Shown: positions 1 to 9,702, counted from the stretch's first letter. The stretch: DNA of 64,000 nt from a virus (IMGVR_UViG_3300017992_000452:1400-65399), one strand, 5' to 3'. Notes: generated by a model not told the origin, from the letters alone. Made by a program: numbers and translations.

Positions 1-37
1 TACTAACGCAAAGGAGGCGGTTGTCATATTACCGAAA

Positions 38-469
38 ATGAGGATTACGGGAGCAGCAGCGGAAATGATCGTAGTAAGCGATCTTATATTGAAGGGCTAC
101 GAGCCGTACTTGCCTACGATGGGGAATACGGAATGCGACATGCTCGTTGAAAAAGACGGAAAGGCTTATCGGGTTCAGGTGAAAAGCGCGTGTTCAGAAG
201 ACGGTGAAAAGGTAAAATTCGATATCACCCGTCCAAGCGCTTCGAGTAAACACTATAGTAAGGACGATTTCGACATTCTTGCGCTACACGACTTTTACTC
301 CGGAAAAACGGCGTATCTAGTTTGGCGGGATCTTCCGCATAAGAGGAGCATTACATTAAGGTATTCGAATACAGTCGGCAGCAACGCTTTTGTAGGTGCA
401 AATGGACGTTTGTTCTTCGATGACTACTTAGAATTTCCGGAGATCGTTACGAAAGAGATTGCGGGGTGA
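38..469 (+). CDS. PD-(D/E)XK endonuclease, intron-associated type, free-standing
   Basis: G..AE N-terminal helix, CDMLVEK and RVQVKS (D..QxK) motif. Confidence 0.7.
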   Translation: MRITGAAAEMIVVSDLILKGYEPYLPTMGNTECDMLVEKDGKAYRVQVKSACSEDGEKVKFDITRPSASSKHYSKDDFDILALHDFYSGKTAYLVWRDLPHKRSITLRYSNTVGSNAFVGANGRLFFDDYLEFPEIVTKEIAG

Positions 470-830
470 TAAACGGATGACAAACGAAGAACGGGGCGTT
501 TTGGATTTACGCGAGCACAAATTCGCGCAAGTAGCGAGCAGCGTATTGGTCGACGTCAAGATTCTCGACAAGAGTGCGCAAAAGCTCGTTTATACGATGT
601 TGTCGATGCACGCGGATAATCACAGCAAGCAGTCGTTTCCTTCGATCAAGACGCTGGCAGCCGAATGTTTCTGCTCGGAGAATACGGTCCGGGAGGCTTT
701 GCGGAAGTTGAAGGAAGTCGGATTGATCGATATTCGCGAAAGAAGGAGCAAAGAGAGCGGTCAATTATCGAACCTGTACGTTCTGCTTCCGATACCGAAA
801 GCGTTCGAAAATGAAGCCGGGGGTTCATGA
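459..830 (+). CDS. Winged HTH protein resembling a phage replication initiator N-terminal domain
   Basis: KLVYTML...SFPSIKTLAAECFCSENTVREALRKLKEVGLI...SNLY signature. Confidence 0.75.
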   Translation: MRGDKRMTNEERGVLDLREHKFAQVASSVLVDVKILDKSAQKLVYTMLSMHADNHSKQSFPSIKTLAAECFCSENTVREALRKLKEVGLIDIRERRSKESGQLSNLYVLLPIPKAFENEAGGS

Positions 831-864
831 GGTGAACCCGTCCCTTGCTCAAACGACAGACGAA

Positions 865-993
865 CTATACTCATTTACTATACGCATTATCTATACTCAA
901 TTAAATAATAGCGCTCAATTACATTCGCGCAGATATTCTTACTAAAGATATATCGCGATTAATAACATCTGCAAGAGTGAGCATATGCGAACG
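865..993. repeat. Origin-like region: three CTATAC(T/G)CA(T/A)T repeats at 13-bp period, then an AT-rich tract
   Basis: Repeats at 865, 878 and 891, just after the initiator-like HTH gene. Confidence 0.5.
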
Positions 994-1014
994 ATTGCTA
1001 GGTCTTATTAATAA

Positions 1015-1521
1015 ATGAAAGGAAGAGGAGGCGATGTGAGAGTGGGAGGTTTTATTGTTTTATTAGTAGGAGGAATTATTGGAGGGATTCTCGGCAGGCG
1101 AAACAATGAGACATTTCTCGGATTTTTCTCGGGAATGGCAGTTGCTGCGCTATTGACTCTCGTACCCTACGCTGCTAGTGAGACGGAGACGGTTCCAGTA
1201 GTCGAGAATCCGATCTATGCGCTTAAAGATGGAGTTCAGGTCGAGGGTTCATTCTTCATAGGGACTGGAACATTCGAAGAAGAACAGTACTTTTTCTATG
1301 TAACGAATAAGGATGAAGGAAAGACAATTGATAAGCAGCTCGTCAAGGATTCTACGCTTATTGAAGATAATGGACGTCACCCGAAGATCGTTAAATGCGA
1401 TGAGAAGTTTAAGTCCAAGTTCGCTCGATTTATGTTTGGAGAGTACAGGGGGGATACCTCTTATAAAATTTATGTACCGGAAGGAACAGTTACAACAGAC
1501 TTCACAGTCGATATGAAATAA
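1015..1521 (+). CDS. Hypothetical membrane protein with two N-terminal TM segments
   Basis: Hydrophobic N-terminus; GGAGG RBS before an internal GTG. Confidence 0.65.
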   Translation: MKGRGGDVRVGGFIVLLVGGIIGGILGRRNNETFLGFFSGMAVAALLTLVPYAASETETVPVVENPIYALKDGVQVEGSFFIGTGTFEEEQYFFYVTNKDEGKTIDKQLVKDSTLIEDNGRHPKIVKCDEKFKSKFARFMFGEYRGDTSYKIYVPEGTVTTDFTVDMK

Positions 1522-1574
1522 AGACAAGGTAATCGATTCTTTTCAAAACAAGTTTAACGAAGGAGCTGACGAAG

Positions 1575-1763
1575 TTGACGGAAGTACAAACGAATGACCT
1601 GAAGTCGACAATCGAATTTTTACTCGACAATATGGAGCTAGTCGCCCGCCAAGTCGAACTGAACGCGGTCCTGATGCGAAAAGGAAAGGACGCCCTTATT
1701 CGCGCAGGATTCACCGAAGACCAGGCGTTTGAAATTATCAAAGCGAGAGGAGCGATGCTGTAA
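1575..1763 (+). CDS. Hypothetical phage protein
   Basis: AAGGAG RBS; TAATG coupling to next gene. Confidence 0.7.
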   Translation: MTEVQTNDLKSTIEFLLDNMELVARQVELNAVLMRKGKDALIRAGFTEDQAFEIIKARGAML

Positions 1764-2092
1764 TGCCGATTGAAATCCCGATTTCCCCCGATTACAAACT
1801 CATGTCAGACGAACGCAATATCATCGTCAATGAACGCTATTTCACCGATCCAACGAAAGCGCCGAACTGGCCGAAGCGGCTTGCCGAAAATCCCGACCTG
1901 GATCCGTCACCGATCGCACGTTGGCGGGAGGTCGCGTACTTCTCATCGGTAGATCGCGCAATCATGTTCGTCATGGATCGGCGGATTAAATTATCGGACG
2001 CCAAGACGCTGGAAGAGCTCGCACGAATTATACGGGAATTTCGCGGGGAATTAGCGGCTTTTCTGACGATCGAGGGTAATCGTAAGGGCTGA
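1763..2092 (+). CDS. Hypothetical phage protein
   Basis: Translationally coupled ORF. Confidence 0.7.
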   Translation: MPIEIPISPDYKLMSDERNIIVNERYFTDPTKAPNWPKRLAENPDLDPSPIARWREVAYFSSVDRAIMFVMDRRIKLSDAKTLEELARIIREFRGELAAFLTIEGNRKG

Positions 2093-2131
2093 CGTTGGAA
2101 GGGCGAAAATACACGAAATGGGGGCGTTAAA

Positions 2132-2515
2132 ATGGCGGACGAAATCGCAGACCTACGCTGTACTGTAGCCGAATTGATTGCGGAAAACGAGCAGTTGAAG
2201 GAAGAAAACGAGCGCTGGGCAAGAGAACTCGCGGCTATTCGCGATATGCTGCCGAAAGATTACGGATTCGAGGAAGGCACACTCGAATATGCGGTAGCTT
2301 ATCCGGAGGGCGTAAGAGACCTCGTAAAGCAAACGGTCGAGCGGATGAAGGCTTCCGATGAATTCCACAAATATCTATACGAAGAGTGCGACGAATACAA
2401 CGTTAAACTTATTAAAATGCTCGCGGATTGCTTGCCAGCTTTGGACGAAAGTAAGACGGACTATACGGAATTATCAAAAGAGATCCGGGAGATATACGAG
2501 GCATTCTCAGTATAA
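2132..2515 (+). CDS. Hypothetical coiled-coil protein
   Basis: RBS; heptad-like N-terminus. Confidence 0.7.
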   Translation: MADEIADLRCTVAELIAENEQLKEENERWARELAAIRDMLPKDYGFEEGTLEYAVAYPEGVRDLVKQTVERMKASDEFHKYLYEECDEYNVKLIKMLADCLPALDESKTDYTELSKEIREIYEAFSV

Positions 2516-2527
2516 GGAGGACGGAAG

Positions 2528-2854
2528 ATGAGCGAAATTAACAAGCCGGTAATTACGAAGGAGCAGGCGGATGCGTTACTTGGGCTATACGCAGAGGAAT
2601 GGTCGAGGGAGGACGTTCTGGAATACCATGTAACGCGTGAGTGGACGGACCGATTTAGTCCGTTAAATGATCTCGACATCATGACGCTCGCGGCCGCATT
2701 AATCAACGGATATGAAGTCGAAAAGACGCCGGAGGAGAAGGTGCGCGAGTATTACGAATCTTACGGGGGTTCACCTAGCGCAATGGAACGGAAAGAAGCC
2801 GTTCAAGATACGCTCGACCTACTAGGAATTAAAATCGAAGGGGTGAATGCGTAA
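2528..2854 (+). CDS. Hypothetical phage protein (DUF1642-like)
   Basis: AAGGAGG RBS; KPVITKEQAD and ALINGYEVEK motifs. Confidence 0.6.
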   Translation: MSEINKPVITKEQADALLGLYAEEWSREDVLEYHVTREWTDRFSPLNDLDIMTLAAALINGYEVEKTPEEKVREYYESYGGSPSAMERKEAVQDTLDLLGIKIEGVNA

Positions 2855-3009
2855 TGAGACCGACATCGATCGAACTTAATACGTCAATGACGAAATTGAG
2901 ACTCGGCGTATCTGAAGAACTTTATCCGCATGTATGGACGCTTATCCGGGAAATCGAAGCTTTGCGTAAGATTAACGAAATGGGTGACGAAAATGCCAAC
3001 GACAGATAA
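2854..3009 (+). CDS. Small hypothetical protein, 51 aa (not in ORF track)
   Basis: TAATG coupling; MRPTSIELNTS...NDR. Confidence 0.55.
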   Translation: MRPTSIELNTSMTKLRLGVSEELYPHVWTLIREIEALRKINEMGDENANDR

Positions 3010-3376
3010 ACCGGTATCCAAATGGAATGTGCGCGACTTTCAATCGTACTTAAAAGCGGAGCATGAGCGGCTGTACGGCGTCCCATACGTTCCGATGCCT
3101 ACTCGCGAACCATGGAAGGCCGAAGCGGGAATGCTCGGGCGCTGGGTCGGGACGAAGCGGAAGCCAGGCGAATACGGGCCGGAAGTAACGAAGCGATTCA
3201 TCGATCTGTGCTTTGCGGAATATAGGCCGACGGCAGAATGGCCGGGCATCAGCTTCGGATTTATGCAGACGTATATGGGACGGAATTTGCAGCGGGCAGT
3301 TGCGGAAATCAGGGCCGAAGAAGAGGCGCAACAAAGGCGGGAGCAGCAGGCGGAAATCGGCGACGACTTTTATTAA
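2993..3376 (+). CDS. Hypothetical phage protein, probable start MPTTDK
   Basis: ORF overlaps the preceding stop. Confidence 0.65.
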   Translation: MPTTDKPVSKWNVRDFQSYLKAEHERLYGVPYVPMPTREPWKAEAGMLGRWVGTKRKPGEYGPEVTKRFIDLCFAEYRPTAEWPGISFGFMQTYMGRNLQRAVAEIRAEEEAQQRREQQAEIGDDFY

Positions 3377-3391
3377 ACGGGGGATTGCGAG

Positions 3392-4429
3392 ATGACTGAA
3401 ATGAAAAAGTATGTGCGGATTAAGAAGGCGCCAAGTAAATCTAGTTGGTATGCGAATAAAATCGGTCAGGTGTTTGAAGTTGATCGCGAAGGATACACAT
3501 ATTTAATACGAAAAGGACCGCACCACCTGACGGCAATTCGAAAAGAAGACGCCGAACTCATCGTCACAGAAAAGCGTCCGGCCAAGGTTGGCGAGCGTGT
3601 CTTGATTATCGACGATTTCAACGAACCAATGTACGTTCTTCACGATGTAGTTCCGGTTATAGGCGGTGGTGATAAACACGGAGTTGCAGTGCGAAAGCCT
3701 GATGCGCCGCCGATATTTTTAAACGATGAGCAGTACGAAGTCATCGTCAATAACGAAATTGAAAACGAGGAGGCTGACGGAATGGAAAACGTAGAAAAAC
3801 GATATGAAGCTGCGGTAGAAAATGCGAGAGATGCAATCGAAGAAGTACGTCTGGCCGCTTACGCAAAAGGATACGAAGATGCGAGACGTAAGTTGATGGC
3901 GCAGGCTCCTGTTGGAAAGACAGCACAAGAACGCCGGGATGAAATCGTTGAGCAGGCGAAGGCGGATATCGAAGGATTAAAAACAGACTATTCCTACGCA
4001 GTACTAGATTCAAATAACACCGACCATCCCCACTTTTGCTTTGCGGAGTTTATCGTAGATAGCGAAAAACGAACCATTGTAGCATTATTACGCGGCAATT
4101 ATTCGTGTAGAGTCTACGCAAGAGGGATCGCCAAGGCCGCCCCGGACGATTGCTTCAACGTCCATATCGGAAAGGCTATCGCTCTCCATCGCGCACTTGG
4201 ACTCGAAGTACCTGACGAATATCTTAACGCACCGCAGCCGACTGAGGTTCGTGTGGGGGATGTTGTGGAATGTGGATCTCTTAAAGATGTAAGACATGTG
4301 AAAGTTGTTGCGGACGGTGAATACATCGGTACTGGACTAGATAAAGCCGTGATCTCATCTATAACAGTTAAGCATCGTCTTATACGAATCATTGACGACA
4401 GCCGTACGGAGGTGGGCGAATGTCTTTAA
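3392..4429 (+). CDS. Modular phage protein with SH3/KOW-like repeats
   Basis: KRPAKVGERV and EVRVGDVV modules. Confidence 0.65.
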   Translation: MTEMKKYVRIKKAPSKSSWYANKIGQVFEVDREGYTYLIRKGPHHLTAIRKEDAELIVTEKRPAKVGERVLIIDDFNEPMYVLHDVVPVIGGGDKHGVAVRKPDAPPIFLNDEQYEVIVNNEIENEEADGMENVEKRYEAAVENARDAIEEVRLAAYAKGYEDARRKLMAQAPVGKTAQERRDEIVEQAKADIEGLKTDYSYAVLDSNNTDHPHFCFAEFIVDSEKRTIVALLRGNYSCRVYARGIAKAAPDDCFNVHIGKAIALHRALGLEVPDEYLNAPQPTEVRVGDVVECGSLKDVRHVKVVADGEYIGTGLDKAVISSITVKHRLIRIIDDSRTEVGECL

Positions 4430-4572
4430 AGTATACGATGAGTCAGGCGGAAATCGTCGAAGCTATGATGCAGTGGCTTCAGCGGAAAGGGTATACGGTA
4501 ACTAACGGAAAATTTGTAGTCAACCAATGGGACCACGAAGTTAAAGCGGAGTTTACTATCCACAAGAACTAA
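4420..4572 (+). CDS. Small hypothetical protein, 50 aa (not in ORF track)
   Basis: GGAGGTG RBS; MSLKYTMSQAEIVE...HKN. Confidence 0.6.
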   Translation: MSLKYTMSQAEIVEAMMQWLQRKGYTVTNGKFVVNQWDHEVKAEFTIHKN

Positions 4573-4590
4573 CGAAAGGAGTGAACGCCA

Positions 4591-5358
4591 TTGACTAACG
4601 AAAGAAACTGCGTCCTGGCTAACGGATGCAAAGCGGCCGGGACGTCATCTTGCACGAAACACTGTACGTTTTTTATCGGAATGCACGGCGCGTCAGGCAA
4701 CGGCGGCCGGTCTGCGGCGGCAGGATTACCGCGAGAATATCGTCTGACAACGCTCGCCAATTCGCCAGCCAGAGCGGATCAGCCTGCGGTATATAAATCG
4801 GTTGAAAACTACGTCAAGACGTTCGATCGCCAATTTGAACAAACGGAAGGCTATATCGAACCGGCTGACCGGATTAAGTCGTTGTATCTCTACAGCGCGA
4901 ACTCCGGAACCGGCAAGACGACGACAGCGGCGGCGCTCCTTAACGAATGGATGCGCGTTCATTACAGCGGATCTTTGCGGAGAGGTTTAACGCCGTTACT
5001 GCGTCCCGCCTATTTCCTCGATGTGAACGAATGGCAGACGGAATTCAACCTCGCAACCATGACGAATGATGAGGACGGCCTAGCGGAATTTCAACGTAAG
5101 ATGACGCTTGCGATGTCGGCTCCTTTTGCGGTACTGGATGACGTAGGGGTGCGGGATTGTACGCCAGCTTTTCGCGGATATCTTCACGCAATAGTTAACG
5201 CAAGGGTGACGAATCAACTTCCGACAGTCTATACGAGCAATATCGCTCTCGGACGACTTTCGGATGTGTTCGGGGAGAAAAGGCTTGCGGACCGGATCGG
5301 GGATTTGTGTTGGGTGAGTGAATTCGTAGGCGAATCGAAAAGGGGGCTGCGGAGATGA
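4591..5358 (+). CDS. DnaC/IstB-like AAA+ helicase loader
   Basis: Walker A SGTGKT, Walker B AVLDDVG, YTSN, RLADRI. Confidence 0.85.
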   Translation: MTNERNCVLANGCKAAGTSSCTKHCTFFIGMHGASGNGGRSAAAGLPREYRLTTLANSPARADQPAVYKSVENYVKTFDRQFEQTEGYIEPADRIKSLYLYSANSGTGKTTTAAALLNEWMRVHYSGSLRRGLTPLLRPAYFLDVNEWQTEFNLATMTNDEDGLAEFQRKMTLAMSAPFAVLDDVGVRDCTPAFRGYLHAIVNARVTNQLPTVYTSNIALGRLSDVFGEKRLADRIGDLCWVSEFVGESKRGLRR

Positions 5359-5720
5359 AAACGGACATCACTTTCGGAGACCTGGTCGCAGTAGACGGGT
5401 ACCCTGACCGTATCTTCTTCGTTGATTCGCGCCGAGACGTTAAGGAAACGGATGATGCCGGCGTCTCTACCTACGTTGAGTTCGATTTGACAGACGCAAT
5501 TCACGGCGAATGGATTCTCGCTGATGCGAATGACATCCGCCTAGTCTGCCGCAGTCAGTATGTTGACGAATATCTTGACGGAGTTGAATATAAAGGCACT
5601 AGTTTTGTAGGCAAGCAAATAGGGTCAAGTAGTTATGCGGGTTTGGAACATTGGAAAGGCAGAATCGAAGTCATCGGCGACGTATATCGAAATCCTGAAT
5701 TATTGGAGGCGGCGGAATGA
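5355..5720 (+). CDS. Chimeric protein with a YopX-type C-terminus
   Basis: Ends IEVIGDVYRNPELLEAAE; N-terminus not YopX-like. Confidence 0.6.
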   Translation: MKTDITFGDLVAVDGYPDRIFFVDSRRDVKETDDAGVSTYVEFDLTDAIHGEWILADANDIRLVCRSQYVDEYLDGVEYKGTSFVGKQIGSSSYAGLEHWKGRIEVIGDVYRNPELLEAAE

Positions 5721-6085
5721 CACAGCTTCACTATCGCGTGTGGGACGGAGAACAAATGCATTATTGGGATGATGAGGGGATAAGCCTGACGATTGAGGGA
5801 AGCAACTGGTTTTTACATCATGAAAGAATTGGATACATCGCAAGCAGTGAAGAAGTGGGCGCAGCGCTCATGTGGGGAACCGGTTTAAAAGACAAAAACA
5901 GCCGGCTGATGTATGAAAGGGATTCTATTCGAGATAATGACGGTTTCCTTTGGAAAGTTTATTGGGAAGATGGTTCATTTTGGGCTAAGGGTGGAGAATT
6001 TAACTCAAGAGAACAGCTTATAGAATTTGCTCCAGATTTTTGTGAAGTCTATCAAAATCCCGATCTATTGGAGGCGGCGGAATGA
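5717..6085 (+). CDS. YopX family protein
   Basis: YRVWD, LMWGTGLKDKN, YERD and NPDLLE motifs. Confidence 0.8.
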   Translation: MTQLHYRVWDGEQMHYWDDEGISLTIEGSNWFLHHERIGYIASSEEVGAALMWGTGLKDKNSRLMYERDSIRDNDGFLWKVYWEDGSFWAKGGEFNSREQLIEFAPDFCEVYQNPDLLEAAE

Positions 6086-6207
6086 CGGAAGATATTATTT
6101 GCCCTAGCTGCGGCGAAAGCGAATTAGAACTATGGCATATGGATATTTATGAGTGCCCAGAGTGCGGGGTCATGATTCCAAGTGAAGTATTGGAGGCGGC
6201 GGAATGA
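6082..6207 (+). CDS. 41-aa zinc-ribbon protein (not in ORF track)
   Basis: MTEDIICPSCG...YECPECGVMIPSEVLEAAE; ATGA overlap with RBS. Confidence 0.7.
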   Translation: MTEDIICPSCGESELELWHMDIYECPECGVMIPSEVLEAAE

Positions 6208-6440
6208 TGTCTGAAAAAATAATTGATGAAGTAAATTATTTAATGACTTTGACTGGTGATGAATTAAACGAATTATTAATTAGTGAAAAATATAATAAAG
6301 CAAACTTGCGCGAGCTGGTGAGACGGACTTTGAAGGTTGCAAATGAGTATAAAAAAGCCTTTGAGTACGAGATAAGCGAAGAGAAAAAAGAAACTGATGA
6401 ATCTTTAAAGCTTTATGAGCGAACGGGGGAGCCGAAATAA
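6204..6440 (+). CDS. Hypothetical protein, AT-rich
   Basis: Coupled ORF. Confidence 0.65.
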   Translation: MMSEKIIDEVNYLMTLTGDELNELLISEKYNKANLRELVRRTLKVANEYKKAFEYEISEEKKETDESLKLYERTGEPK

Positions 6441-6643
6441 TGTACCGGCTACTCTATCCGTTAAAGTGGGCGTTTGACGCGCTTGATTGGGCGTTCTATT
6501 ACATCGGAGTTGCTGCGGACTTCATTTCGGGAATGTTCGAGAGCGCAGCCGACTACTTCCGCATTCGAATTGAAATCGCAGAGCAGGCGAAAAGGGGCGT
6601 ACGAGTCATTTACGTTAAGAGAGTGAGGAGGGATCGCGGATGA
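6440..6643 (+). CDS. Hypothetical protein
   Basis: Coupled ORF. Confidence 0.6.
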   Translation: MYRLLYPLKWAFDALDWAFYYIGVAADFISGMFESAADYFRIRIEIAEQAKRGVRVIYVKRVRRDRG

Positions 6644-7980
6644 ACTACGGTGTTTTAATGCTATCGAAGGTGATCGAACAGAACGATCCGAACGCGCTAC
6701 TGCGCTTTAATATTACGGCCGAGGATCTGCCGACGGAAGGCGAACGCAAGGCACTCCGATACATCACGGATTACTCAGAGAAGCACGGAGGCCAAGCGCC
6801 GACGGCCGAGATGGTGGCGAACGAGGTGCCGGACTTCCAGCCGGATTTTAATATCGAGGCAAATTACGATTACCTTGCGGAGAAATTGCGGAAACAGGCA
6901 GCGTTGCGAGAGTTCGTTGATATTGCGGAAAAGGAGCTTCCGGAACGGTTTAGCGAAGCGCAAGATAATCCGGAAGAATTATTTTCATGGTTGACGGAAA
7001 AAGTCGAAAGTCTTAAAATAAGAACAAACGTTCGTAGTTCGGTTGGCACCAATATCAAAAAAGATATCGACAAATTCAAAGCCGAATACGAAAACCGCAA
7101 GGCTGGCGAGTCTTTCCGGATCTGGCGTAGCAAATTCGACTTCATAAACCGAGCCATGGGCGGCTATGTTTCGTCGAACGTGTACGTTATTTATGGGAAA
7201 TCCGGACGGGGAAAATCGGCCATTGCGTTGGAGGAAGCGATTAATTGCGCGATGCAGGGAGCGAACGTTCTAATCTGGTCGATGGAGATGGGATGGTACG
7301 AAGTTCTCGTTCGTCTCTACGTTTCCATTTCGGCAAGCATTGGCGTGACAAAAGCGAATCTAGACGGCGTCGATATTGAGGCGGGATTTAACTCGCGAGA
7401 TGTTCGCCAGGGCAAGCTGTCCGACGAATTCGAAGCCGGCTTTATGGAGTTCCTCGATAAGATGAACGAAATTATCCCGGGGAACATCATTGTCCGCGCG
7501 GTAGACGATGAGGACTTTGATTCCCGGAAACTCCGCGACCTAAAGGCGGATATCCTCGAAACGAAAGCCGACGTCGTGCTAATCGACCCTTTTTACTATT
7601 TAGATTACGAAAAGAACACGTCAAAGACTGCGGGTGGAGACGCGGCCGAAACATCGAAGAAACTCCGCCGTCTGGCCGGCCAAACAAAAACGACTGTCTT
7701 TGCGCTAACCCAGGCGGAGGAGGGCGAAGGGAAAGACGCTGACTCCGAATTAAAGTTGCCGCAGCGTAAGGACGTCAAGAAAACGAAAGCCCTACTCGAA
7801 GATGCTGCGCTATTGATTGCGGTGGATACGAACGCAGAGGAAGGGCGCGGGCTGATCGGTCTAAATAAAGGCCGGGATGGAGGCGAAGGGCAGCGCGCTG
7901 AGATCGTTTACTTGCCGCAGTTCGGCGTCATTAAGCAGCTAGGAGGAGCCGAAGGATCAGCGGATCAGTTCGATTTCTAA
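6640..7980 (+). CDS. dnaB: Replicative DNA helicase, DnaB-like (SF4)
   Basis: GKSGRGKS Walker A, SMEM, VVLID, LTQ, KGRDG. Confidence 0.9.
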   Translation: MNYGVLMLSKVIEQNDPNALLRFNITAEDLPTEGERKALRYITDYSEKHGGQAPTAEMVANEVPDFQPDFNIEANYDYLAEKLRKQAALREFVDIAEKELPERFSEAQDNPEELFSWLTEKVESLKIRTNVRSSVGTNIKKDIDKFKAEYENRKAGESFRIWRSKFDFINRAMGGYVSSNVYVIYGKSGRGKSAIALEEAINCAMQGANVLIWSMEMGWYEVLVRLYVSISASIGVTKANLDGVDIEAGFNSRDVRQGKLSDEFEAGFMEFLDKMNEIIPGNIIVRAVDDEDFDSRKLRDLKADILETKADVVLIDPFYYLDYEKNTSKTAGGDAAETSKKLRRLAGQTKTTVFALTQAEEGEGKDADSELKLPQRKDVKKTKALLEDAALLIAVDTNAEEGRGLIGLNKGRDGGEGQRAEIVYLPQFGVIKQLGGAEGSADQFDF

Positions 7981-8126
7981 GACGATGGAATTTATCGGAT
8001 AACATTGTCAACATTTACCGCAGAAAATTCTGAATACTTTCGACAAAATACGATGGAATTTTTCGAAATCAGGGCGTAATATATAGAACAATCCGGTCTA
8101 ATTAGGACGAAAGGAGTGATACGAAA

Positions 8127-9146
8127 GTGCCGATTTTAACGTTAAATGGCCGCCAGGTCGACGTCGATATACGATATGAACTCGAACAATTCGAATGGAC
8201 GCGGCCGACCTGGACGGACGAGCGCCTTCTGGCCGCCAGTCCTTTCCGTTATGACAGGACGCCGAGCTTTTACGTTTACCTTGACGATACGGCGTCCGCA
8301 AAGGCCGGCTATTGGGGCGATAGTGGTTATTATGACGCAGAGTATGCACGGGGTGGCTTCGTTAAGCTGCTGGCGTTTTTGCGCGAAGAAACCGAAGAAG
8401 AAACGATCGAATACCTGATCGATGCGTACGCGCCGGAGTCCGAGGACGGAAAACTCACGCTCAGGCTGCCGAAGCTGAAGATCGCAAAGAATCGAGAACC
8501 GTTGAGCGAATCGATTCTCGACGGCGTTGATCCGGGGCCTAACGATTATCTGAACGGTCGCGGAATTATGCCGGCTGTCCAACGTCTAATGGGCGTTGGA
8601 ATGGCTGGCGGTGCGGTTGCGCTTCCCTGGCGTCTTCCGAACGGTCGGCTCGCCAACGTAAAGTATCGGTCAACCCGGGGCAAGGCGTTCTGGTACGTCA
8701 AAGGCGGCTGGCCGATACGGGACCTTGTTTACGGAATGAATGTCGTGTATGACCGGCGGCTGACACGTGTTGTCTTATGCGAGGCGGAGATCGATGCGCA
8801 GTCGTGGATGACGGCGGGAGTTCCGGCGATCGGGACCGGTGGATCTTCGTTTAACCAACGGAAGGCCGATATTATCGTCCAGTCTCCGATCGAACACGTA
8901 ACCATCGTGACGGATAACGATAAGGCCGGCGAGAAGTTGCGGGCGGAGGTCGAGCGTTATCTGTACGGGAAAGTCGGACTGGCACACGGATATATTACGG
9001 AAGGAAAGGATGCGAATGAATTCTTGCTTGCGAAGGGGAGAGCGGAGTTGAAGACGGTGTATGAGCGTGCGGAGGACGTGAAGAAGTGGCGGGTGAATTT
9101 ACAGTACGGGAATACCCGTACTAAAGGTCGGCGGAGGTTATATTAA
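8127..9146 (+). CDS. DNA primase (TOPRIM)
   Basis: VLCEAEIDA, TDNDKAG, KDANE. Confidence 0.85.
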   Translation: MPILTLNGRQVDVDIRYELEQFEWTRPTWTDERLLAASPFRYDRTPSFYVYLDDTASAKAGYWGDSGYYDAEYARGGFVKLLAFLREETEEETIEYLIDAYAPESEDGKLTLRLPKLKIAKNREPLSESILDGVDPGPNDYLNGRGIMPAVQRLMGVGMAGGAVALPWRLPNGRLANVKYRSTRGKAFWYVKGGWPIRDLVYGMNVVYDRRLTRVVLCEAEIDAQSWMTAGVPAIGTGGSSFNQRKADIIVQSPIEHVTIVTDNDKAGEKLRAEVERYLYGKVGLAHGYITEGKDANEFLLAKGRAELKTVYERAEDVKKWRVNLQYGNTRTKGRRRLY

Positions 9147-9382
9147 CCCTCCGTATTATTGCCGGATACCTCGGACCATTCGTAAAGATCTTCAGGAACA
9201 CAACCAAGTACATGAGCGATATTATAAGCGCGCTCGATGCTCGGTATGTTGCGAAGGCTTACGTAGTCCGTAATGTGCTGTTTTGTTAAACCGACTTTAG
9301 CTGCGAGTTGAGTCTGATCAATACCGCGTTTATAGCAAAGTTCGGGTATCCGGCATTTGCCGACCTTAAACGTAACAAACAC
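9143..9382 (-). CDS. XRE-family HTH regulator
   Basis: QTQLAAKVGLTKQHI...IAHVLGC. Confidence 0.85.
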   Translation of the reverse strand: MFVTFKVGKCRIPELCYKRGIDQTQLAAKVGLTKQHITDYVSLRNIPSIERAYNIAHVLGCVPEDLYEWSEVSGNNTEG

Positions 9383-9440
9383 CTCCCATCATTAAAGGTG
9401 TCCGTAATATTTTATTATAACCGTGCATTTATTTCCATGA

Positions 9441-9650
9441 CTAGTCTTTAGTTATTTTTATAACCTTTTCTACAGGAACATCGAGGAGAGTGCAGATTTT
9501 CTCTAATGTCCCGAGTCTCATTTTAGAATCACTTACCTTGTGATTCTTCAATATTTTAGCTTGGGTTGAAGAACTCATAACTTGTCTTAAATCACTCATC
9601 TTCATTCCTTTTTCTGAAAGTGTTTGTAGAAGCGGGGAAAAATCGACCAT
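9441..9650 (-). CDS. XRE/Cro-like HTH regulator, divergent from aimR
   Basis: SPLLQTLSEKGM...LEKICTLLDVPVE. Confidence 0.8.
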   Translation of the reverse strand: MVDFSPLLQTLSEKGMKMSDLRQVMSSSTQAKILKNHKVSDSKMRLGTLEKICTLLDVPVEKVIKITKD

Positions 9651-9671
9651 TATAATCCTCCTGAAAATTCA

Positions 9672-9702
9672 TGTTTACATACGTAAACAATTCATTTATA
9701 AT
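9672..9702 (+). promoter_or_regulatory. SigA-type aimR promoter overlapped by palindromic operator TGTTTAC-N4-GTAAACA
   Basis: -35 TTTACA 9674-9679, 17 bp, -10 TATAAT 9697-9702; palindrome 9672-9689. Confidence 0.65.

Larger units (their letters stand above)
5701..6207 (+). repeat. Three exact 20-bp direct repeats TATTGGAGGCGGCGGAATGA at gene junctions
   Basis: 5701-5720, 6066-6085, 6188-6207. Confidence 0.9.

Noticed and set aside
5701-6207. 20-bp repeats as a CRISPR array
   Set aside because: Spacers are 100-345 bp whole genes; no cas operon
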